From Methanothermococcus sp. SCGC AD-155-E23 (GTDB lineage Archaea; AGJL01; Methanococci; Methanococcales; Methanococcaceae), in the NCBI GenBank assembly GCA_019561615.1, contig JAHEQA010000036.1, forward strand, positions 1 through 64,000: DNA of 64,000 nt. The letters run 5' to 3'. This document shows, piece by piece, positions 20,068 to 29,438 of this stretch. Both the position numbers and the translations under genes were made by a program. Numbering within the stretch: the first letter of the stretch is position 1; the number at the start of each line of letters is the position of its first letter. The notes under the pieces were generated by a model. The model saw nothing but the letters and a program-made list of their open reading frames with translations, made no database searches and was not told the DNA's origin.

Positions 20068-22272
20068 ATGTATGTAAGTCACCCCCTTATAAAACCTAAC
20101 ACCCTAGAATCTAGGACCTATCAGGAGTTAATTGTGGCAAAGGCTCTGGAGAAGAATACCCTCTGTGTCCTAGGTACAGGTCTTGGAAAGACAGTAATAG
20201 CCACCTTGACAATTGCAGGGATACTTTCCAAGAGGGATGGGAAGGTTCTAATTATAGCCCCCTCCCGTCCCCTTGTGGAGCAGCACTACAACAGTTTAAA
20301 GAATTTTCTAAATATCCCGGAAAAGGATATTGTAGTTTTAACAGGGAAGATACCCCCGGAAAAGAGGAAGAAACTCTGGAAGACAGGGAAGGTATTTGTT
20401 GCAACCCCCCAGATAGTTGAAAATGACATTGTGGCGGGGAGGGTACCAGTTGATGACTTCGTCCTCCTCATAGTAGACGAGGCACACCATACTACAGGTA
20501 ATCACTCCTACACCTTTGTAGCCTCCACCTTTAAGGGTAAGGTGAGGGTCCTTGGACTAACGGCATCCCCAGGATCTGATATAGATAGGGTGCTTGAAGT
20601 ATGTGAGAACCTTGGAATTGAACATGTGGAGATAAGAACTCCAGAGGATCCAGATGTAAGGAAGTACGTTAAAACTGTGAAGATAAGAACTGTAAAGGTA
20701 AAACTACCTAGGGAGTACCAGGAGTGTATAGAGTTAATTAGAAGTGCCCTTAAGGAGAGGTTGAAGATACTTAGGGACTGTAAGTTAATACACTCTATCG
20801 TAGTAAATAGATCTGAACTTCTAGCTTTACAGAGAAGGGTTATGGAGATAGAGGGTGAATCTAAGTACCAGTTGATGAGGGTAGTATCTGAGGCCATAAA
20901 GTTGGACTATGCAGTGGAGATACTGGAATGTCAGGGGAGGGATGCATTCCTAAATTACTTCGAGAGACTAGGTAGTCAGAATACAAGATCTGCCAGAGAA
21001 ATTGTAAGAGATCCCAAGGTACTAAAGGCGGTGTACAAGTTAAGGACACTGGATGTAGACCATCCAAAGTTGGACAAACTCCTTGAGATAGTGAAGGATA
21101 TTCTAAGTAAAAATAGGAAGGAGAAGATTATAGTTTTTGCTCAATATAGGGATACTGTAGAGAAGATCGTCAATATCCTCAGGGAGAACAAGATAGGGGC
21201 ACTCCCCTTCATGGGTCAGTCTAACAGGGGAGGTAAGGGGATGTCCCAGAAGGAGCAGATAAAAACCTTGGAGAGGTTTAAGGGAGATGATAGTATAAAC
21301 GTCCTGGTTTCAACTAGTGTATCTGAGGAGGGTATAGACATCACAAGTGTTAACTATGTAATATTCTACGAGCCAGTGCCCTCTGAGATCAGGTTCATCC
21401 AGAGGAAGGGTAGGGCCTCCAGAGGTGAAGGAGGAGAGTGTATAATCCTTATAACTGAGAATACCAGGGATGAGGCTTACTACTGGTCTGCCATACAGAA
21501 AGAGAGGAATATGAAGAGGATACTTAAGGAGATGGTGAAGACGTTAAATAAGAAGTTAAGGGAGAAAAAGGAGGAGTACAGGGGGCCACTAGATGCCTAT
21601 CTAGAGGAGGAAGCTCCTTCTAAGGTTGAGGAGGAGAAAAAACCTAAGATAGTAATAGATCACAGGGAGAAAAATATAGGGAAACTTCTATTTGGGAGGG
21701 CGGAGTTGGAGTTTAGAAATTTAGAGTTTGGAGACTACATACTCAGTGACAGGGTTATTGTAGAGAGGAAGACCTCCGAGGACTTTGAAAACTCCATAAT
21801 AGATAAGAGACTCTTTAAGCAGTTGAAGGAGTTAAAGAATTACGAGAGACCTATCCTGATCATTGAGGGGGATAGATTCGAGAGACTTGAGGAGAAGGTG
21901 ATAAAGGGTGCAATACTCTCCATAGTGTTGGATTATCACATCCCTATAATATTTTCCAAGTCCCCAGAGGAGACTGCAGATATCTTGCTAAAGTTGGCGG
22001 AGAGGGAACAGCTTAAAAATAAGAGGCCTGTGGAGATTAGAACTGGAAAGAAACCTATGTCCCTAAGGGAGAGGCAGAGGTTTATAGTTGAGAGCTTCCC
22101 AGATGTTGGTCCTGTAACTGCAGAGAATCTACTTCTCAGTTTTGGAACTATAGAGAATATAGTCAATGCATCTGAGGAGGAACTTATGAAGGTGGAGGGT
22201 GTAGGTAAGGCAACTGCAAGGAAGATAAAGGAGGTACTTACTGAGAGATATACAAAGTCCCCTACTCCTTGA
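20068..22272 (+). CDS. hef: Hef helicase/ERCC4 nuclease (FANCM-like)
   Basis: GTGLGKT, DEAHH, TASPG and QRKGRASR helicase motifs, plus GDY...ERKT-D nuclease and HhH2 domains. No intein. Confidence 0.93.
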   Translation: MYVSHPLIKPNTLESRTYQELIVAKALEKNTLCVLGTGLGKTVIATLTIAGILSKRDGKVLIIAPSRPLVEQHYNSLKNFLNIPEKDIVVLTGKIPPEKRKKLWKTGKVFVATPQIVENDIVAGRVPVDDFVLLIVDEAHHTTGNHSYTFVASTFKGKVRVLGLTASPGSDIDRVLEVCENLGIEHVEIRTPEDPDVRKYVKTVKIRTVKVKLPREYQECIELIRSALKERLKILRDCKLIHSIVVNRSELLALQRRVMEIEGESKYQLMRVVSEAIKLDYAVEILECQGRDAFLNYFERLGSQNTRSAREIVRDPKVLKAVYKLRTLDVDHPKLDKLLEIVKDILSKNRKEKIIVFAQYRDTVEKIVNILRENKIGALPFMGQSNRGGKGMSQKEQIKTLERFKGDDSINVLVSTSVSEEGIDITSVNYVIFYEPVPSEIRFIQRKGRASRGEGGECIILITENTRDEAYYWSAIQKERNMKRILKEMVKTLNKKLREKKEEYRGPLDAYLEEEAPSKVEEEKKPKIVIDHREKNIGKLLFGRAELEFRNLEFGDYILSDRVIVERKTSEDFENSIIDKRLFKQLKELKNYERPILIIEGDRFERLEEKVIKGAILSIVLDYHIPIIFSKSPEETADILLKLAEREQLKNKRPVEIRTGKKPMSLRERQRFIVESFPDVGPVTAENLLLSFGTIENIVNASEEELMKVEGVGKATARKIKEVLTERYTKSPTP

Positions 22273-23497
22273 AGTACTTGTACCCGGAGGATAGAAGTGC
22301 TGCACCTACTGCACCTATATGCTGGGAGTAAGGTGGAACTATTATTTTCCTACCAAGTATCTCCTCCAGTGCCAACACCATACCCTTCAAGAGGCTACTA
22401 CCCCCTACAAGTATAACAGGATCCCTTACATCCACCTCCTGGAGTTGCTGTTCATATATCTGCTCTGCAACTGAGTGGGCTGCTGCAGCTGCCACGTCCC
22501 TTGGATCTGCACCCTCTGCCAAGGCGGTAACTAGGTCCTGAATACCGAAAACTATACAGTAACTGTTCATCTTGATCTTCCTCCAATCCCCCTCTGCAGC
22601 CATCTCTCCCAACTCCTGGATGGATACCCCTAACCTCCTTGCAGTGATCTCGAAGAATCTTCCACTGGCACCTGCACAGATACCTCCCATGGTGAAACTA
22701 TCTGGTATGGCGTTGTTAAGGGAGATAGCCTTGTTATCCATACCCCCAATATCTATAACTGTTGCCTCCCCCTCCTGCTTATCTGCCAGGAAGGCAGCTC
22801 CCTTGGAGTTCACAGTTAACTCCTCCTGTATAAGATCTGCCTTAAAGTACTCTCCCACTATATGTCTTCCATACCCTGTAGTCCCTATAGTCTCAATATC
22901 CTCCATCTTTAATCCAGCCTCTTTCAGGGCCTCATCTACAGCCTCCTTTGCAGACTCTATAACATCTCTGGTATAGACCCATCCCTTTCCAACGATCTCG
23001 TTATCCACCATAACTACAGCCTTTGTAGTTGTAGACCCACTGTCTATTCCTAGACTTATACCCTCCTGCCTCTTTCTAACTAGGAGTGCCTTCCTCTCTA
23101 CAATAGTTACCAGGGCCTCCATTCTAGTTAACAACTCAGAGGCCTTGGTCCTCTCTGTAAAGGAGTACATAACAACAGGTAGATCTGTATGCTCCTGGAT
23201 AAGTTTCCTAACCTCGTTTCTAACAAGGGCACCCTCTGCACATCTGAAACATGTGGCTATAAATACTGCATCTGCATCTGTGTTTCCCTCTATAATAGAC
23301 ATAGCCCTTGCAAGCATAAGCCTTAAATTTGAAGAGGCTACATCAAAACCTAGCTCCCGGTTAACCCTCTCTATATAGTCCAGATCTACCTCGGGAAATA
23401 TTATCTCCCCTCCAACCTCCCTTGCAGCCTTTTCAATTTCACCTTGCACTCCACTGTACTCAGGACCACAGGTTAACTCCGCAATCTTTACAACCAC
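22262..23497 (-). CDS. methanogenesis marker protein 15 (BadF/BcrA-type ASKHA ATPase)
   Basis: [39 protein letters not shown] and CAGASGRF. Confidence 0.9.
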   Translation of the reverse strand: MVVKIAELTCGPEYSGVQGEIEKAAREVGGEIIFPEVDLDYIERVNRELGFDVASSNLRLMLARAMSIIEGNTDADAVFIATCFRCAEGALVRNEVRKLIQEHTDLPVVMYSFTERTKASELLTRMEALVTIVERKALLVRKRQEGISLGIDSGSTTTKAVVMVDNEIVGKGWVYTRDVIESAKEAVDEALKEAGLKMEDIETIGTTGYGRHIVGEYFKADLIQEELTVNSKGAAFLADKQEGEATVIDIGGMDNKAISLNNAIPDSFTMGGICAGASGRFFEITARRLGVSIQELGEMAAEGDWRKIKMNSYCIVFGIQDLVTALAEGADPRDVAAAAAHSVAEQIYEQQLQEVDVRDPVILVGGSSLLKGMVLALEEILGRKIIVPPYSQHIGAVGAALLSSGYKYFKE

Positions 23498-23552
23498 GGT
23501 ATCACCGTAGATAATAAATATTTATAAGTGTGAAACAATAGAAAAATGTCCC

Positions 23553-23612
23553 ACTGCGATGATGAGTGCCGACTTCACTGATCTGTGATGACATCGGGGA
23601 CAGCTGAGCAGT
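23553..23612 (+). ncRNA. box C/D 2'-O-methylation guide sRNA (dual guide)
   Basis: Terminal stem ACTGC/GCAGT. C box ATGATGA 23559-65, 12-nt guide, D' CTGA 23578-81, C' GTGATGA 23585-91, 12-nt guide, D CTGA 23604-07. TATA (TTTATAA) at 23521 and a T-rich tract downstream. Confidence 0.92.
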
Positions 23613-23640
23613 TATATTTTTACTCTTTTATAAAAATCTT

Positions 23641-24078
23641 TCAATCCACTGGAGACACTATTACCTTTCTCAAAGAGTACCCTTTGGGACAGGATATCTT
23701 CTCTTTAAATACCTTCACTATCCTATACTTCTCAGGTAACCCCTCTGGGTTACAGAGGGAGTAGTTTTCACAGACTATATTGTTACAGTTTATACTGTCA
23801 GAGAGGGTTAGACCCTCTAGGGCCTTCCTTGACTCTATCAACATAGTTATCTCCTGACATTCCTCTATCTCTACAACCTTAACCCCACCCTCGTGTATCT
23901 TACAGGGATGATCTGCAGATCTTACACCTAGTATCTTGTACCTCCTCCCCACTACCATACCCTCATGACAGATCTTTTTAAACCTACAACTTTCACACTC
24001 CTTCAACATCCCGTAGTAGATAAATTCATTTCCAGTCTTCGCCAGTCTACTTCCAATTAATGTAATCTTCTTCTCCAT
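23641..24078 (-). CDS. UPF0179 family protein (Cys-rich)
   Basis: [32 protein letters not shown] and CPKG. Confidence 0.85.
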   Translation of the reverse strand: MEKKITLIGSRLAKTGNEFIYYGMLKECESCRFKKICHEGMVVGRRYKILGVRSADHPCKIHEGGVKVVEIEECQEITMLIESRKALEGLTLSDSINCNNIVCENYSLCNPEGLPEKYRIVKVFKEKISCPKGYSLRKVIVSPVD

Positions 24079-24079
24079 A

Positions 24080-24397
24080 TCAATCCCTATTTTTAATTCT
24101 GTTATTTCTCCTCTGCCTAATAAGTTCCCTCTCTATCTTCTCTCCAGAACTTTTTAACCTACTGGATACACTCCTTGGAACATTTCCATACTCTGACAAC
24201 ACCTTTGCTATAGCACTTGCCAGTAGAAATATGGCATAAGTATGTTCAGACTTGGTCCTATGTATGTGATGGGGGTATATTTTTAACTTGTCGTAAGATG
24301 TGAAGTACTCATCTATAGAGTCGCCATACCTCTTCTTCAGTAACTTCCTCATATACACTAAAAGTTGATGCAACTGTATAAGTTCATCTTTATGCAT
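24080..24397 (-). CDS. UPF0058 family protein
   Basis: [11 protein letters not shown] and [18 protein letters not shown]. Confidence 0.87.
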   Translation of the reverse strand: MHKDELIQLHQLLVYMRKLLKKRYGDSIDEYFTSYDKLKIYPHHIHRTKSEHTYAIFLLASAIAKVLSEYGNVPRSVSSRLKSSGEKIERELIRQRRNNRIKNRD

Positions 24398-24457
24398 ACA
24401 ACCACCTTAAAAGAAGGAGAATATTTTAAAAACAAAAACAGGAGAAACACTGTAATC

Positions 24458-25648
24458 TTAGACCACATCCTCATACCTTAGGATCTTTAAATTAGATGGC
24501 TTCTTGGTTATGTATACCTCCCTACCAATGATAGTAAGGTTGGAGTTGACACCGTTGAAAAATCTGTCTATTACTTTCTGGGTTATGGGGGCATCTGAGA
24601 TAAGAAAGGAGACATCTGAAAGTAAATCCTCTGATAACTCCTCCAGAGATAGCACCTTCTCAAAGTCTGGAGATATCAACTTTACCTTGTTGGTCCCCTC
24701 CATCTCCTTAACAGAGAACCTTATATACCTTAACTGTGACTCCTGGTCTCCACTCTTAAATACCTCGTAGGTTAGTAACTCCTTCTCGGAGACACCGTTG
24801 TTATCCTCCTCCCTCTGGAGATTTATATTCATCTGTTGCAGGTACTGTTCCACAGGCACCCTCAACCTTAGGCATTTAAGTACCTCTTTCTTGGAGAGCT
24901 CCTCCACCTCCCTACCCTTGGGAGCCCTTGCGATGTAATCTATGTCACACCTCTGGAGGGACTCCTTAAGTATAAGTTCTCCCCCTCTATCTCCATCGAT
25001 AAATATGGTGGTGACCTTCTTCTTGGACAACTCCACTATGGTCTTAGGTATGGAGGCACCTCCAACTGCAATTACATTCTTGATTCCACATCTCAGTAGG
25101 TTTAGAACATCTGCCCTCCCCTCCACCACAATTATACTATCTGAGTTATCTATGTTGGGACCTGCAGGCAACTTCTCCTCACCATACTCTATTATCTCCC
25201 TGGTTCTAATATACTCCCTTATCTCCTCAGCCATATCCTGAATATCTGTCATACTGGCCATAAGGGTCTTCAAAAGTTCCTTGGCCCTGTTGGTAATATA
25301 CTGACGCTTCTCAGCCCGAATATCCCTTATCTCCTTTACCTCTATCCTGGCGGAACAGGGGCCCACCCTATCCACAGTCTCCAAGGTCGCGGCAATGATG
25401 GCAGTCTCCACCCTGTCTAAACTGGAGGGTAGTACTATCTTTGCATAGGATTTTCCATCCTCACCGTTAACAACCTCTACATCTATTCTTCCAATTCTCC
25501 CACTCTTCTGAAGATCTCTCAGGTCTAAATCACCACCTAATAACCCCTCAGTCTGTCCAAATATTGCACCGATGATGTCATTTTTCTCTACGTATCCATC
25601 TGCAACAAGTTCAGCGTATATAATATACTTTGTAGTGCCAAAATCCAT
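24458..25648 (-). CDS. dnaG: archaeal DnaG (Toprim primase-like / exosome-associated)
   Basis: TTKYIIYA, GAIFGQTEGLLG, VVEGRADV, DGDRGG and GREVEEL. Start moved to ATG 25648 after GGAGGGA. Confidence 0.93.
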   Translation of the reverse strand: MDFGTTKYIIYAELVADGYVEKNDIIGAIFGQTEGLLGGDLDLRDLQKSGRIGRIDVEVVNGEDGKSYAKIVLPSSLDRVETAIIAATLETVDRVGPCSARIEVKEIRDIRAEKRQYITNRAKELLKTLMASMTDIQDMAEEIREYIRTREIIEYGEEKLPAGPNIDNSDSIIVVEGRADVLNLLRCGIKNVIAVGGASIPKTIVELSKKKVTTIFIDGDRGGELILKESLQRCDIDYIARAPKGREVEELSKKEVLKCLRLRVPVEQYLQQMNINLQREEDNNGVSEKELLTYEVFKSGDQESQLRYIRFSVKEMEGTNKVKLISPDFEKVLSLEELSEDLLSDVSFLISDAPITQKVIDRFFNGVNSNLTIIGREVYITKKPSNLKILRYEDVV

Positions 25649-25736
25649 ATAACATCCCTCCTTAATGCCCACACATCTCGCTTTATAAGTTTTATATACT
25701 AAAAGTCTATTTATATTTTTATTAGGAGGTGAGAGC

Positions 25737-26465
25737 ATGGAGATCGATGTAAAGGAGATAATTAAGAAGGGACCTATCTACAGTGGTAAGGCCAAGTCCA
25801 TATACGAGATAGATGAAGACAGGGTACTTATCGAGTTTAGAGATGATATAACTGCAGGAGATGGAAAAAAGAGGGATGTTAAAAAGGGAAAGGGGCATCT
25901 TAACGCCCTAATATCCTCAAGGTTGTTTGAGGTGTTGGAGGAGAATGGCATACCTACCCACTACCTGGGATACATAGAGCCTGTATACATGGTTGCCAAG
26001 AGGGTGGATATTATACCTATAGAGGTGATAGTGAGGAACATTGCAGCGGGGAGTCTATGTAAGAGGTATCCCTTCAAAGAGGGGGAAATACTAAAGAGAC
26101 CTATTGTACAGTTCGACTACAAGAGTGACGAGTATGGAGATCCCATGTTAAACGAGGACATTGCCATTGCCCTAGGTTTAGCTACAGAGGAGGAGTTGAA
26201 GAAGATGAGGGAGTTGGCCCTGAGGGTAAATGACGTACTTAGGAGATTCTTCGATGAGAGGGGGATAGTACTTGTAGACTTTAAGATAGAGATAGGGAGG
26301 ACAAAGGATGGGGAACTTGTAGTTGCCGACGAGATAAGTCCAGATACCATGAGACTCTGGGATAAGGAGACCATGGATGTCTTAGATAAGGATGTATTCA
26401 GGAAGGATCTGGGAGATGTGGTAAGTAAGTATGAGATTGTGGCAAGGAGAATAGGGTGTATATAA
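25737..26465 (+). CDS. purC: SAICAR synthetase
   Basis: YSGKAK, FRDDITAGDG, IEVIVRN-AAGS, DFKIE and ADEISPDTMRLWD. Confidence 0.96.
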   Translation: MEIDVKEIIKKGPIYSGKAKSIYEIDEDRVLIEFRDDITAGDGKKRDVKKGKGHLNALISSRLFEVLEENGIPTHYLGYIEPVYMVAKRVDIIPIEVIVRNIAAGSLCKRYPFKEGEILKRPIVQFDYKSDEYGDPMLNEDIAIALGLATEEELKKMRELALRVNDVLRRFFDERGIVLVDFKIEIGRTKDGELVVADEISPDTMRLWDKETMDVLDKDVFRKDLGDVVSKYEIVARRIGCI

Positions 26466-26481
26466 AATAGGGGTAGTTAGG

Positions 26482-26739
26482 ATGTACAGGGCTCTAGTAA
26501 CTATTAGATTGAAAAAAGGTGTTTTAAATCCAGAGGGGAGGACCATCCTGAGGGCCTTGAACTTTCTAGGATACAGGGAGGTAAAGGACGTTGACACCTT
26601 CAAGTGTATAGAACTTCTTATAGAGGGTGAGGATAGGGAGAAGGTTAGGGAGAGGGTTGAGGAGATGTGTAAAAAATTACTTGCAAATCCTGTTATTCAC
26701 AACTACGAGATTAAAGTGGAGGAGGTGAAAAAAGATTAA
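26482..26739 (+). CDS. purS: FGAM synthase subunit PurS
   Basis: LKKGVLNPEG and MCKKLLANPVI. Confidence 0.95.
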   Translation: MYRALVTIRLKKGVLNPEGRTILRALNFLGYREVKDVDTFKCIELLIEGEDREKVRERVEEMCKKLLANPVIHNYEIKVEEVKKD

Positions 26740-28463
26740 GTGTTTATTCCCTTCCAGAGGGTGAGGTAGGACTCTACTAGTTTAATGGCAGCATCTGTAA
26801 GACCCTTCTTACCAAGTAATCCAACATTTCTCAGTATAACTAAACTCTTTTTTATCTCATCTACAGTTAGAGGTAGTAGTTTGGCTAGGAGTATTATCTC
26901 GTTCTCCTTATGGGCTCCAATCTCGCTCTTTTCCCTCCATACTCTGTCAAAGTCCTCCTTGTTGTTGTATATTGCCAGGAGTATGTTGAAGGTTGTTGGG
27001 GTTATTGCAAACTTTGTAGAGAGGAGTTCCTGTACCTTTGCCATTTCAACAGCCTTTTTAACCCCCTCTCCAAGCTCTGTTAAGATAATCATCTTGTTCT
27101 GCAACTCCCTTATAAGACCCTTGGACTCTGCCTCATTTAGGGCCTTAATAATGGCCTCCTCCTCACCACCAACATGCTCCTGTATCAACTTCACAAGATC
27201 ATCCCTGTGGATATACCTCTTTACAGGTAGGTTTATCAGGGCAGATATATCATACTTAGTTAGATAAGGTTTCCTCTTAATGGATCTTGTGAACTTCAGG
27301 AGGAAACTACCCTTATCTGTAATACCCCTGTCTACCACATTCTCCTCCTTACCCTTTACCACCCACTCTGCAATAGGTGTATCGTTGTGTTCTGGGTAGG
27401 TAATTGCCTTCATCCCATCTGTAGTTACTACCCCAAGGTCCTTAACCTTCTCTCCAAACTCTGTCATCCAGTAGGTATCCTTGTTCTTTATAACCTCCCT
27501 CCTTATAAGCTCCTTGAACTCCAAGGTGTGGAGGATCTCTCCAAGATCTTCAATACCACTTCTCTTCCTTATCTCCTTGTATGTAGGGAGTACCTCTGGG
27601 TTGGTTTCATACTTCTCCTTGATGATCTCTATGGTTTTTAAAACTGTGATCTCCTCCTCCAAGACGTAGATAGGTGTTATCTCTGCATAGGTCTTACCTA
27701 TCTCACTGTAGGTGGTTAACATGGACTGTCCCAACTCTGTAATTTCCCCCTCTTTACAGAAACCACTGTCCACCATCTCCTCACTGAACTCCCCTCTCTT
27801 CATGGCGTCGAAATCCTCCTTCCTCAGGATCAAGGCCCTACTTAGTTTAGGTACCATGGAGGCTATCTTCAATACCTCCTTCAGTGCAACCGTAGTGGCA
27901 AAGGCCTTACCAGCCTCAGTTGTAGGGGATATACTAAGTAACCTCATGGCCTGGAGGGCATTTAGTATATTGTCCCCCTGCTTCTTGGTATTCTTGTAGG
28001 TTACCAACTCATCGTAGAGGCCTATCTTTGGCATACCCCTTACAAAGTCCAGTATATCTGGGGTTAGATACACAACTGGGTGGGATTCCCTGTAGATCTT
28101 AAGTATCTCCTTACCTACTTCAGTTAACCCCTGGGAATCTGCCAGATGTCTCTCCACCAGTAAACTGTTCCATCTCTCTGGGACGTAACCTGTTTTATCC
28201 AGTAACTCCATGATCTTGATTATCTCGGAGTTGATATACACATCAGGTATGTCCTCTAGGGGTATCTTGTCTATTATCTCCAACATCCTCCTTCCAACAT
28301 CTGTAAAGGTTATGTCCCCTCCAGATATCTCTACAAACCCTAGGATAAACAGTTCTGCTATCCTTACCTCGAACTCTTCAGGTAGTTTGTCTTTTAACTC
28401 CTCCCTTTTACTGGTGTCCTTCATAAGTTTTAAAATCTCCAGATGCCTCTTCTTTAGGAACAT
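26736..28463 (-). CDS. DUF505-like protein with repeated winged-helix-like units
   Basis: Recurrent (L/I)T-x-x-G wing motifs, DN--NALQAMRLL-ISP and KPYLTKYD. ATG after a GGTGGTGA RBS. Confidence 0.7.
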   Translation of the reverse strand: MFLKKRHLEILKLMKDTSKREELKDKLPEEFEVRIAELFILGFVEISGGDITFTDVGRRMLEIIDKIPLEDIPDVYINSEIIKIMELLDKTGYVPERWNSLLVERHLADSQGLTEVGKEILKIYRESHPVVYLTPDILDFVRGMPKIGLYDELVTYKNTKKQGDNILNALQAMRLLSISPTTEAGKAFATTVALKEVLKIASMVPKLSRALILRKEDFDAMKRGEFSEEMVDSGFCKEGEITELGQSMLTTYSEIGKTYAEITPIYVLEEEITVLKTIEIIKEKYETNPEVLPTYKEIRKRSGIEDLGEILHTLEFKELIRREVIKNKDTYWMTEFGEKVKDLGVVTTDGMKAITYPEHNDTPIAEWVVKGKEENVVDRGITDKGSFLLKFTRSIKRKPYLTKYDISALINLPVKRYIHRDDLVKLIQEHVGGEEEAIIKALNEAESKGLIRELQNKMIILTELGEGVKKAVEMAKVQELLSTKFAITPTTFNILLAIYNNKEDFDRVWREKSEIGAHKENEIILLAKLLPLTVDEIKKSLVILRNVGLLGKKGLTDAAIKLVESYLTLWKGINT

Positions 28464-28547
28464 TTCACCACCTTTTAGATTTTTTAGAGTGCAAAAATGA
28501 TTATTTGTTCACTTAAGGGTCTATAAATAACTTTACCCTTCTAATCC

Positions 28548-29438
28548 TCAGGGTTTATAGGGGAACTTGGCAACAATGTCCATAAATTCCTCCTCACTGA
28601 GGTACTCCCTATTACCCACCCTAAGTACCTTCTTCTCAATAACCCTTCCAAAGGGGATAACTGGACATCTCTTCTCCACACATATCTCTAAGATATCCCT
28701 TAAATTCTCCTCCCTCGTACTTATAATGTAGGTGCCCAGGTATCTGGTAGAGCGGGGATAGGGTAGGGCAGTTATCTCCATACCTACCTTGGCCTTCACC
28801 ATCATCTCAAGTACGTTACACAACCACCCTCCCCTGGAGGCATCCTTACAGGCGTTAACCTCAATTCCCCTCTCCACTATACTTAAAAAGGTGTCGTATT
28901 TATTTTTAGCCCTCTGAATCCTCTCCCCAATGTCACCCTCTACAGGATGACCAAGCATAAGTACAATATCTCCAACCTGGGCACCTCCATCAGTTATTAC
29001 CCTATCTCCTATCAACTCCCCAAACACCACCACAGATATACAGGGAGATAACCCCTCTTCACTCTGGGTGTTCCCTCCAACTATGGGGATGTTTAAACCT
29101 AGGGACTGTCTCCTTAATCCCTCTACAGCCATCTTTAACTCTTCCTCACTCTGGGCCTGGATTGCATTCAGGGCGTAGAGGGGTCTCGCCCCCATGGCCA
29201 CAACATCACAGGAGGTATGTATAAGGGCAGTTTTTGAACCTAGCTTTAGAGGATATGGGCCCTCCATGTTTATTACATTCCTCCCTATTACTACGCTGTC
29301 ATCCCCTGCCCTAATACCCCTTAAAAGATCCTTTACCTTGAGATCCATGTCCCACAGCCTCTTCCTTGGGTAGTGTGTCTCCATCATGTGTTTTATAGCA
29401 TGTTTTATCTCGTACTCCAAACGTTCCATATTATCCAT
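28548..29438 (-). CDS. AIR-synthase-related (PurM/HypE/ThiL fold) protein
   Basis: AGDDSVV, CDVVAMGARP, IVGGNT, GAQVGD and CKDASRGG motifs. No C-terminal PRIC. Confidence 0.8.
   Translation of the reverse strand: MDNMERLEYEIKHAIKHMMETHYPRKRLWDMDLKVKDLLRGIRAGDDSVVIGRNVINMEGPYPLKLGSKTALIHTSCDVVAMGARPLYALNAIQAQSEEELKMAVEGLRRQSLGLNIPIVGGNTQSEEGLSPCISVVVFGELIGDRVITDGGAQVGDIVLMLGHPVEGDIGERIQRAKNKYDTFLSIVERGIEVNACKDASRGGWLCNVLEMMVKAKVGMEITALPYPRSTRYLGTYIISTREENLRDILEICVEKRCPVIPFGRVIEKKVLRVGNREYLSEEEFMDIVAKFPYKP

Noticed and set aside
17192-22272. Inteins in RadA or Hef
   Set aside because: Protein lengths and motifs are continuous, with no intein splice-junction signatures.
23592-23603. D guide targeting the peptidyl-transferase-loop C2498 equivalent (CCUCGAUGUC)
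   Set aside because: That pairing leaves the four guide bases next to the D box unpaired. The CUGUCCCCG target fits the canonical geometry better.
25649-25738. N-terminal extension of DnaG in the ORF track
   Set aside because: The conserved start is MDFGTTKY at 25648 with a good RBS. The extension runs through the divergent promoter region.
28548-29438. Calling this gene hypE
   Set aside because: It lacks the essential C-terminal PRIC motif and the N-terminal HGxGG.
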